Shown here piece by piece: positions 54,223 through 64,000 of a stretch of 64,000 bases of DNA. Within the stretch, counting starts at the first letter, position 1. Every line of letters begins with the position of its first letter. The notes beneath the pieces are model-generated. The model had not been told where the DNA came from, made no database searches, and saw nothing but the letters and a program-made list of their open reading frames with translations. The stretch covers positions 496,001 through 560,000 of the forward strand of contig JBHGNT010000021.1 in the NCBI GenBank assembly GCA_043228905.1, read 5' to 3'. The translations under genes were made by a program, and so were the position numbers. Source of the DNA: Azolla caroliniana. Its lineage: Eukaryota > Plantae > Polypodiophyta.

Positions 54223-55110
54223 GATGTATGTATGTATAGAATGGAAGTAAGTAGCCAGGGGCAGAGTAGTATGACTGTCTTTCTCTTTTCTTTTCTTTTC
54301 TTCTGTTTCTTTTTTCCAACAAACCCTAAAAAAGCAGAAAGGAAAGGATTGGGTTAAACTAGGGTATGTATGTGTATGTGTATGTGTATGTATGTAGGGT
54401 ATGTATGTATTAGTATGTATGTAGGGTATGTATGGCTCGTGTCTATTCTGCATCAAATCATAAAGAGGGTTGGCGAGGGAATTGCAGCCACAGACGGTGT
54501 AGGTCGCTTAGAGGAAGGCGCGTGCGATCTGCACCGTCAGATTTCGATAAGGAAGAACGCGCGGAAAAAAAAGTTGTCAGAGGTCGCCCAACTCTGAGTT
54601 GATGGTCGCCCAACCCTGTCAGAGGTCACCCAACTCTGACTGTTGCAAGTCGCCCAACTGTTTTAGGTCACCCAACCCTGACATTTGCAGGTTGCCCAAC
54701 CGATTGGTCACCCAACCGTTGCAGGTCGCCCAACCAAATATATCATTTCGACCAAAATCTTCAAATAAGCTTGTTCATTACCCTTAAAACTTACAATAAC
54801 ATATCAAACAATCACAAAATCCAAACTTAAATTATTCAAAATCGACGATCTTTACCATACTTATGTTAAAACAAATAATCATATTAAAACATAAAAGTTA
54901 AAAGTTAAAAAACATAAAACTTAAAACAGAGAACGTAAATCCACTTTAAACACCGTAAACCCAAATCAAAGGATGACATACTTGAATAAGGAAACTTTAA
55001 ACATAAATCAACATATGACATACTCCCAAATGCACTCATAAATCAACATAAATCCACTTGAAACATTGTAAACCCAAATGCACCGGTCCGCAAAACCACT
55101 CAAGCTATGT

Positions 55111-57523
55111 TTATGGCTCATCCAGAGATGATGGCAAGATGCGACCACAATTCTTGCAACAATCAACATTTGAGTCCCTTGATCTAAAGGTCAAGGCATC
55201 GCAATGCAAGCATCGCATCATCTCTGTTGCACATATTAGCAACCGCCTCCTAGCTCGACTTGCGCCTCTTTGCATTTTTCCTGTGTGTGCCTTGCAAGTG
55301 TTTGGGGAGCTGCCAATAAAATCTTGTGAAATGTTGATTGATGCTCCTCTTTTTGCACCAATTGCTTGCTTATGCCCTATGGATCCACGGTCTTCTTCAT
55401 TGGTTGGTTTCGGTGCACCTAGGTGATACACCAGCGTCTAACCTATTTCTTCAATGGACTCCATACATGCCAAAATTGTTGCACGGTTGAGGGATCATAA
55501 CCCTTGCCTAAGACATTGAATAGCCCCCTCAACCGTTTGTATTTTCGACTCCCATTCCTCCATTTGTGATGTTATAGGGTTTGTCTCCTCGACTGGTTCT
55601 ACCTCTGTCTCCACTTCCGTCTCTGTGAAATGGTCATTGCGCATATGGGTTGCATGATCTATAAAAGGCAACGACCCACATAAATGTGGCATGTGCCTCT
55701 CAATAGTCATCCTGATGCCGAGTATATGCTTACATTTACTCGTAGGGTCTTGGCAATCACAATATGAACATTGGAGTGATACACTATACCATACATTCGG
55801 TTTTGTCAAGCTCAATATTTTTAACCAATATCGGGGCTCGTCCACAATATGCATTGTCGCATCATTAGTTTCATACCTCTCTAGTAGCCTTTCGGCCTCT
55901 TTAAGTCTTGTTGTTTGATCCCTACAATTTGCACGTGGTGCAAATCTACCACTCTCACATATTTCTTGTCGTTGCTTGTACCATTCAACAACAGTACCCC
56001 CGATGCAAGTGCCAGTTTGACTATCCCCGATTAAAACATGCACAAGATCCGTAATTGATCGGTTTATCCTCCCTCTTAAGGCAGTATATTTGATAAACTG
56101 CCAATGTCTCTCCACGAGATTGGTAGTATCAACATGTCCGTAATGCATTACATGAGTTGGCACATCCGATTATAAAGATGGTTTCTCTCAGTTGCACTTA
56201 CCTTTGGCAACAAGTTGTCCAACCATGCTTTTTTTGCATGGAAGTGACACAACAAAAGTTGACAATGTGTTTGCAACCAAGATGAACTGTTGCCTTGTGG
56301 GAGATCCATATTCACCAGGCAAGTAAGGTTGGACATGAGCCACCTTCCCAAGATCTCGGAGGGCATAGGCATCTTGCATCATCAAAGATCAATCAACCCC
56401 TGACATGGCACTCCCAATTTTTAAGTTGTTGGCCATGTTATTGACCTCCTTTGGTATCATAAAGAACCTATAACTCACAAGGTCTAATGGACTAGCCTTG
56501 GACTTATGATATGCTTCCTTATGCATGCTCATTCGTGCCACATGTCATGCGCAACCAACATCAAAAAGGTCATCTCTACAACAACTTATAACATTAGGGG
56601 CCATTGGCAAATAGTATGCATCTGGTCTACTTCCCGGTACATGACCCGTATGAGGTCCATATATTGAAACGGTCATTGTCCCATGGTCAACCCCGCCATT
56701 CATTCGAGCGTTCACATGAAAAGTACACCCACATCGAGATGAATGCTTTCTACGTCGAGTGCATGGATATTGCTTGTTGGCCACACCGCATCGGTGACAA
56801 TTATACCTAGTCACATGTGCACCCCTTGTGATCCCTGTACGGAAGCGTGTGTGATACCTCAATTGAACATCTATGAGTGTATCATTAACCCTATGTGCCT
56901 CTATCTTGATCACTTCTATGGGTCTAGACTTTTTATATTTCACGACACTTGTCCCCTCCATGTCAGATGGAGTTAACCTCGACACAACTTGACAACCACA
57001 TTGGTCAATCACTGCTTTCACATACGCACTAGGGATCCCGTGGTCACGAAGGTCATTGGACCAAAGTCTCTTTAACTCTGACAGAGTACTTGTCAAAGAA
57101 CGGTGCGATGCGCCACAATGTGACGCCAATACTATCTCCCTCCATTTCTCTACGTGCGTAATCTGAAGATAGGTGTATTGCATTCTCATTTCTAAGCATG
57201 AGACGACTCTTCATGCGCCTCCATGCATGTAAATTAAGAGGTGCACCCCTTGCGATTGTGCTTAATATTTCAAATGTTACCTTAACTTGACCCAATAAAT
57301 CTTTAAGCATTAAATCGTACATACCTCTAGTGAACGCAAAATACCTCGCCGAACAATACATGAAGGGATCAACCTCCTCCACCTCTTCTTCGGATGAAGC
57401 CAACTCATAGTCTTCGGATGTAGACGAATCCAAGTCTTCGTCGATGGTTGCGGAGTATGGTAATGCATAACCATCCTCAGAATCATACAAGGACGTGATG
57501 AAATCTATTTCATTTTGATTCAT
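55111..57523 (-). pseudogene. Disrupted MULE-type transposase: acidic N-terminus, HHCC zinc module, WRKY/FAR1-like finger, partial DDE region, SWIM finger, C-terminal C4 ribbon
   Basis: ORF pieces chain together: YNCHRCG..KHSSRCGC..HTGH, QPY..QFILV, LLCHFHAKKAW (CxxH), DTTNLVERHW (third catalytic E), CDCQDPTSKCKH (SWIM) and CLHC..CKNC. Frameshifts, in-frame stops at 56545, 55495 and about 55440, and a missing D..D segment. Confidence 0.85.
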
Positions 57524-57564
57524 CTCGACAACTTGGTTTTCTTGTAGTGATTAATCAGAGGTAA

Positions 57565-58160
57565 TTTAAGCTAGAGAATGTGATAAAGTAAATTTGATTA
57601 AGACAGAGATTATGATTAAGATAGAGACGGTGATTATAAGAATCTGATTAAGCTAGAGAATGTAATTAATTGAACTTAATTAAGATAGAGAATCTAATTA
57701 ATTGAACCTGATTAAGCTAGAGAATGTGATTAAGTGAATTTGATTAAGACAAAGATTATGATTAAGATAGAGACGGTGATTATAAGAATCTGATTAAGCT
57801 AGAGAATTTAATTAATTGAACTTAATTAAGATAGAGAATCTAATTAATTGAACCTGATTAAGCTAGAGAATGTGATTAAGTGAATTTGATTAAGACAAAG
57901 ATTATGATTAAGATAGAGACGGTGATTATAAGAATCCGATTAAGCTAGAGAATGTAATTAATTGAACCTAATTAAGATAGAGAATGTGATTATAAGAACC
58001 TAATTAAGATAACGAATGTGATTATAAGAACGTGATTAAGCCAGAGAATGTGATTATAAGAACTTGATTAAGACAGAGAATGTGATTAATTGCTTCGGAT
58101 TAAGATAGAGAATGTGATTAATTGCTTCGGATTAAGATAGAGAATGTGATTAATTGAATC
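57565..58160. repeat. Hierarchical AT-rich array: about 32-bp subunits forming about 3 higher-order units of 146 bp
   Basis: AGACARAGATTATGATTAAGATAGAGACGG recurs at 57601, 57747 and 57893; the subunit resembles GATTAAGCTAGAGAATGTGATTAATTGAACCT. Confidence 0.9.
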
Positions 58161-58310
58161 TGATCTTAAAAGGTAATTAATTGGAGATGGAATCAACTCT
58201 GATTAAAATGACGGTGAAGGGTTTAATATGACTTAAAATGTGATTAATTTACATGTTAATATGACCATTTGTTTGGCCGTTTAGGTAACAGATTGGGCGA
58301 CCTGGATTAT

Positions 58311-58642
58311 GAGGTTTGGGCAACCTGGTTGGGTGGTCATATCAACATAGAATAAATTTTAAGAGGTTTGGGCAACCTAGTTGGGTTACCATATTAAAAG
58401 AGAATTAATTGTAAGAGGTTTGGGCAACTTGGTTGGGTTACCATATTAAAAGAGAATTAATTGTAAGAGGTTTGGGCAACTTGGTTGGGTGACCATATCA
58501 AAAGAGAATTAATTTTAAGAGGTTTGGGCAACTTGGTTGGGTGACCATATCAAAAGAGAATTAATTTTAAGAGGTTTGGGCAACCTGGTTGGGTGACCAT
58601 ATCAAAAGAGAATTAATTTTAAGATGTTTGGGCAACTTGGTT
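58311..58642. repeat. 52-bp tandem array, about 6.5 copies
   Basis: GAGGTTTGGGCAACTTGGTTGGGTGACCATATCAAAAGAGAATTAATTTTAA starts at 58311, 58363, 58415, 58467, 58519, 58571 and 58623. Confidence 0.95.
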
Positions 58643-58644
58643 TA

Positions 58645-59231
58645 TTACCATTGATGTTTTTTACAAGGGTTGGGAGATAGATTGGTTTTAAACAGCTTTT
58701 TCAAATCAGCTCTTTCGAAAAGATTAACTTTTTCGCGAATCAATTGGTTTACATTTGAGATTGAGCAAGGATTCCTCGAGAGGCGGCAATACTCAGTATA
58801 GATACACGCACAAGCCTTGTTCCTATTTGCATCTCTTCCAACCTTATACAACGAGTCTGGGCGAGGAGCATCTGTTCCTTCTGTATGTGTTACATATTTA
58901 AGATTGACATAAAGATTGACATATTGCAACGACACCAAATCCACATACCATTTGGAGGAGCATCTTGGTCAAATGTTGCCATGTCTTGTATGGGCTCGAT
59001 CTGAGGCGTATGTGTCTGATCCATTCTGTCCCCACTCGTACACATGTCGGTTGACGAACTTCGCCAATGTCTTCTAACGAAGACCCTTTAACAAATCACG
59101 AGTCAACATACATGCATCAAACCCTAAACTAGTATTAGGGGAGATTGGTTCGTGACATACCTCTCTTGAGTTGGATATATGTCACTGTTATCGAAATCCC
59201 ACCAATCTTTGTACTTGGACTTGGAAGCCAT
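58645..59231 (-). CDS. Predicted 147-aa transposon accessory protein of unknown function, 3 exons (59161-59231, 58949-59085, 58645-58880)
   Basis: Two short GTATGT...AG introns (75 and 68 nt) splice into one stop-free 444-nt frame: MASKSKYKDWWDFDNSDIYPTQERVFVRRHW...DAPPNEGTDAPRPDSLYKVGRDANRNKACACIYTEYCRL...HQW*. Confidence 0.55.
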
Positions 59232-60462
59232 CTACCACCATTCAAGTAATCAAACATTTTTTGAATTTAATACTCAAACACACACAATATTAAGTTTAAG
59301 CAAGCAAATCATTAAACCCTAATCCCTCACTTCCAAATCTCCCCATATGTTATATCCTACTTATCATGTTGCAATAATTAGATTAAGCAGGAATGAGACT
59401 CAAATCCCAATGTCCTATAAAATGAGTGCTTTTTACATGATTAAGTTTTTCTAAGTTGTAACAATGTCGAATGAAACCCAAAATCCCCCCAAAAATGGCT
59501 AGTATTTTTCTATAATTTCAACTATAAGCTAAGTTTCTAGAAATGCAAACTGAATCCCAAAAAACAAGCAAAAATCATCATCATAGCCAAAATCAAAACC
59601 TTACTATGTTGATCAAGAAAAACCCATTTACATTACCCTTGTCTACCATCTTCACACTTCACTAAACTCATTCGCCATATCTTATACACAAAATATCACA
59701 AATTGTAATCTTAATCACACCAACATTTGATATTTGTTGTAATCGATTATTTGTTGCCATGCCTCGACTAATCACGATTCACAACATCCACCCACCCCAT
59801 CAAGCAGCCCTATTATATATGCAACATGCTATAACATTTACAAAACAGGCTAGAAATGGCAATATGCCACATTCTGCTTTGTGATATGTAATTTCGAATT
59901 GAAGTTGCCTACACTACTATTGCACTTCATAGTGAATATATGTTATACACTACAGTTACATTTCATAGGAAAGCATGCTTTATTAAATAAATATACTTCT
60001 AAAGCACAAAATAATGAGGTAGCTTAGACAAAATGAAGGCAACATTGCTCCACTCTACGTAATCTGAACAGATCTCAAAGAAGCCAAACTTTGTAGTGTC
60101 CTTTCATCCATGAAACACAGTCTACAAGTGAACTTCGTGAAACACCCCAACATGGAAAAAGAGAGATGATTGAATAAACTTTTATTGAGTTGGTTGGGTG
60201 ACCAACTCAACCTACTTATCCTTGTAATCCCTCAACTACTCCAAACCCTAATCCCTCAACTATTCCTACCACATGTAAAAAAAATAGAAAAAGTGATGTG
60301 ATAGGGTTTAGTACATACATGGGAATAATGATGGAGGAGATTGATTGTTGTGTATGTTGATTGCAGGCCGCCTGACGCCCAACTCTTTCTCGACAAAAGA
60401 AACCTATCAATCGCGTTTGAAAAAATGAGAGATAATGACAGGTTTCAGGCTTTTATAGTCAT

Positions 60463-60790
60463 CGGTTGGGCGACCTACATCTTTTATTGGGTTGGTTGGG
60501 TGACCAACTCAATATAAACCCTAAAGCAGTTGGGCAACCTGCTTAAACTGGTCACCCAACCACTTTAAAAATAAACGGTTGGGCGACCTACATCTTTTAT
60601 TGGGTTGGTTAGGTGACCAACTCAATATAAACCCTAAAGCAGTTGGGCAACTTGCTTAAACTGGTCACCCAACCACTTTAAAAATAAACAGTTGGGCGAC
60701 CTGCATCTTTTATTGAGTTGGTTGGGTGACCAACTCAATGTAAGCCCTAAAGCAGTTGGGCAACCTGCTTAAACTGGTCACCCAACGGTT
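60463..60790. repeat. 113-bp subterminal tandem array, about 3 copies
   Basis: C(G/A)GTTGGGCGACCT.CATCTTTTATTG.GTTGGTT... starts at 60463, 60576 and 60689; each unit has several GTTGGGYRAC motifs and a TAAACCCTAAA-like motif. Confidence 0.92.
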
Positions 60791-61002
60791 GGGCGACCTC
60801 TGCACAACTTTATTTTTCGCGCCTTCTTCCTTATCGACATTCGACGGTGCAGATCACATGCGCCTTCTTTGAGTGACCTGCACCGTCTGTGGCCGCGATT
60901 CCCTCACCAGCCCTCTTTATGATTTGTGTCATAATAGACACGTCGGGTATGTATGTATTAGTATGTATGTAGGGTACGGAATCTGGATGTGTATGTATGT
61001 AT

Positions 61003-63220
61003 GCTTGTGTCTAATTACTACCGAATATTAAAGAGTGCAAAATTAAACAAAATTATACCTTGTGTTCTTTTAGTAAGCATTATTGCCTTGCCATTCTCTT
61101 CAATCATGTTCCCACCTTTGTGAAGCATCAATTACTTTGTGAGGCTCAAGTTACTTATAGGATTAACTTCTGTATGTGTATTGTTCACACCATAGTATGA
61201 ATCATACGTACCATACGTGCATTCACATTCAAGAATGTTTCAATCATTCGAGTATGATAAACATCTTCGAAGTATGGTAAATACCATACTTTTGTATTCA
61301 TTGTTTATTATAAGGTAAAAAAAAATCTAAGGTAAAAAGTGTAAAAAAAACATAAGAATGTTGTGATAACATATGCATTCCTTTGCATTCGTGTGAAAAA
61401 AGAATGTTTGCCAATGCATTAGAGTATATTACGTACTGTGGTTCACACCTTCAACTATTCATGTCATCATCTCCGCATCGCCCAACTTGCAAATGATTAT
61501 CTAATCCTTGCTTGCAAAACTTGGTGTTTTTTATTCATTGACAGAAATTTCCCAAAATCTGCATTCACAAAAGTTCCATTTGAGCCTATATGAAGTGAAT
61601 AATCAAAGAATGTTGCCGCTGAAAAACCAAGAAGATCATTAAGCAAAGACATTAACAACCGACAAAGATTGATAATAATTAAGAAATGTAACATAGGTAT
61701 ATTCAAATGTACTTACAAATGCCACATAAGGTCAAGGTTATGACACATGTACACATATAGTTAAAACTATCCCATGCTTATGACTTTAAACATAATCTTG
61801 GCTTATGCAATTATTTCTTCTATTACTCCTAATAGAATGTTTTAAAGTATTATAAGAAGTAACATCAAAATCAAGACTTTGGGAGTCTTTGCTCAAGGTA
61901 TTACATACCTCTATGATTGTGATACATGGAAAAAATGCATTTTATATACTATCCATGCATAACGCTTCTACTTTATATAACCAATTTATGTACGTCTAGA
62001 AAGTTCAACAATACATCTACACCATTATGGATCAATTTACTTAAGACATATAAATACACACACATCTATATCTATCTATCTATATATGTATGTAAGGTTA
62101 AACTAGGATAGAAAAAACACTATACGCTCATAGCATTTGATCTTGCTTGCCCAAATAATGCATTGCATAAACATCTTGAATGAAGCCCAGTAAACTTTCA
62201 ACATATTTGGAAAGTTCAAAGTTCGTGATGGATATATGTATATATAAAGAACATACTTGAACATTAGATCCAACAATCATGTTGGGTTTGTCGTATGTTT
62301 TTCCTTCTTGCTTTCTCCTCTCTTGCCATTTCCTCTTCATTGCAAGCCGAACTTGCATGGTAGACATGTCAACAACTAGTTCATTATCCGTCAATGGTGC
62401 GTGAAAAAGACGAGCAATCATGTTTACACATCTATCATGCATATGCATTAAAAGGGTCAAGACATATCTTCCGAAGGTCATCTATCATATGACAATTTTA
62501 TCATAAGATTGACCAATCATATAGTCACTCATCACATAAGTAATCAGATGGTCATCATCATACATATTGATTACGTACCATACACTTTACATATACCCAT
62601 TCATTACTCCACATAAGTATGAGATATATCAATATAGATTACATACATGTATAACTACAATTGTTGGGTATTCATCAAAGTCAACGTAGTTCTCGTTTAA
62701 TGATTGGGTGATGAGCTAAACCCTAAACTCCTTATCAAGACATACATACAATTGCAATGCCTACCTTTCCATCCCCCAACCAGAAAAAATGAATGAATGA
62801 GGGAGGAAAACGAATAGAGAAATACCTGACATAGAGAAGCATTAGCAACAACCTAAAACCCGAAATCAACTGATAATATTTCAATTTGCAATCGTCTTCT
62901 TTGTTTTCCGCTCCGCTCTCGCTCACCACAAAAAAAAGATTTCAAAATTCTCTTCCTAGACCACAATTTATATATATGGGTCAGAGTCGGGCTCCTACCT
63001 CAGGTAGGTTGGGCTCCTGACTCGGATGAGTCAAGCTCCTCAACGTCCTACTTCAGGAGAGTTGGGCTCCCGATAAAGTGAAATTTTGAGCGCGCGCGTT
63101 TTTTTTATCCACTTTGGACAGTGCAAATCACATGTGCCCTTAGCTGAACGACCTGCACCGCCCGTGCCTGTGATTCCCGCACTTGCCCTCTTTAATATTC
63201 AGTAGTAGTTAGACACTTCG
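61003..63220. mobile_element. Non-autonomous Mutator-like element (element 2, Pack-MULE), related to element 1
   Basis: Left end GCTTGTGTCTAATTACTACCGAATATTAAAGAGTGCAA is the inverted match of right end TTGCCCTCTTTAATATTCAGTAGTAGTTAGACACTTCG. 63090-63220 aligns with the element 1 right TIR. TSD ATGTATGTAT / ATATATGTAT (9 of 10). Confidence 0.82.
62257..62715 (-). pseudogene. GAD: Captured, decayed glutamate decarboxylase fragment (exons 62647-62715 and 62257-62436)
   Basis: LITQSLNENYVDFDEYPT and DRCVNMIARLFHAPL...LAMKRKWQERRKQEGKTYDKPNMIVGSNVQ match plant GAD (NKNYVDMDEYP; NRCVNMIAHLFNAPL; KRKWQ..KPN.V.G.NVQ). The GSSEAI motif is deleted and the acceptor reads CAT instead of CAG. Confidence 0.88.
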
Positions 63221-64000
63221 ATATATGTATGTATGTATGTACGAAGGGTATGGATGTGTATCTATGTATAAAACAATTCATACAGAGCTCCCCAAAACAA
63301 ATCGTGGAAACCTTGTCGCTAGTTGTTTGCACACGATTGCCCACTTTCGATAACTTGCAATCATACTCTTTCTTGCTCTAGTTACTCCACCTTGAACAAA
63401 ATCTATTCGCAATTGATCAACTTATTCAAATCTTTGCTCTTTGTCGATTCTTGACAAAGAATTATCAGTAATGTGCATGTCTATTTTGTTAAGGCCTCAA
63501 TTGCCACAATAATGTAAGTAGCAAATCACCAATACGATATGGTATTTATTTTGGAAATAACTTAACCAATTCCATTTGTCAAATCATACTCAACCAAATC
63601 CATGTGTCTCCTCTATACATTCTTTCTAACCATAACCATACCTTTTAATGTAGAGTTCTCAAGGCACTTCATGTTTGACAACTTGGTGATGATACTAAAT
63701 CTTCTATATGTGGTTGAAGTGTGGGGTGGTGACGTCTCAAAGTCCACTTGGAATGAGTTTGAAAATGTATGGTTTAATTATGATATTTCTTCAACTTGAG
63801 ATATAAATGTCAGCTTTCACTTCTTGAAATCCAAAACCCCTCAAACTTCCTAGATTGACAAGGGAGGAAAGTGGAAAATCTCAAAGGACACAAACAAAAT
63901 AACAAGTCCACAATATAAAGAAATGGTTTGGGAAATGAGATACATCATACTTGTTTCATGATGCCTTGATAGATTCATAATTGTATGAAGCTTTTTTGCA

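Larger units (their letters stand above)
54435..60945 (-). mobile_element. Mutator-like DNA transposon (element 1), 6.5 kb, with about 158-bp imperfect TIRs and a perfect 10-bp TSD
   Basis: 54435-54592 is the imperfect reverse complement of 60788-60945. TSD GGTATGTATG at 54425-54434 and 60946-60955. Internal SWIM-type transposase remnant; GTCRCCCAAC motif repeated at both subtermini. Confidence 0.92.

Noticed and set aside
53926-54456. 176-aa minus-strand ORF with LNL periodicity
   Set aside because: Runs through the TIR edge, microsatellite and leader; the periodicity comes from the 24-bp DNA array, which has stops further on
58311-58642. Possible CRISPR array
   Set aside because: Whole 52-bp units are near-identical, with no unique spacers
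54397-60976. 32-bp direct repeat on both flanks, suggesting a very long TSD
   Set aside because: Explained by a 10-bp TSD inside a pre-existing 27-bp tandem unit; the left copy does not abut the element
61497-61706. ORF containing LLNDLL, as in GAD
   Set aside because: Flanking residues do not match GAD; probably chance

Overview
AT-rich, intron-rich nuclear DNA of a land plant; LINE types and gene style suggest a seed-free vascular plant such as a fern, but that is inference. Six host genes were reconstructed exon by exon: DUF1223 thioredoxin-like protein (+, 387-4431), ACT-domain STY/Raf-like kinase (-, 8839-15943), zinc-ribbon + RING-H2 E3 ligase (-, 19974-21299), CCR4-NOT subunit NOT3 (-, 27233-35659), PL4 rhamnogalacturonan lyase (+, 41005-50214) and RZ-1-type glycine-rich RRM + zinc-knuckle protein (-, 51491-52932). 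Introns hold decayed LINE fragments and many two-copy local duplications. The most unusual part is the RZ-1 upstream region, where two related Mutator-like elements with 10-bp TSDs and the same asymmetric ends (GCTYGTGTC...GACACKTCG) sit 57 bp apart in one TATG-rich tract. Element 1 (6.5 kb) has a decayed transposase with an integrase-type HHCC zinc module ahead of the WRKY/FAR1-type finger and SWIM, an apparently intact 3-exon accessory gene, and three tandem arrays. Element 2 (2.2 kb) is a Pack-MULE carrying glutamate decarboxylase exons. Two genes also have phased TTTAGG-like motifs in their leaders (24-bp and about 30-bp period). All calls come from manual reading; no database searches were run.
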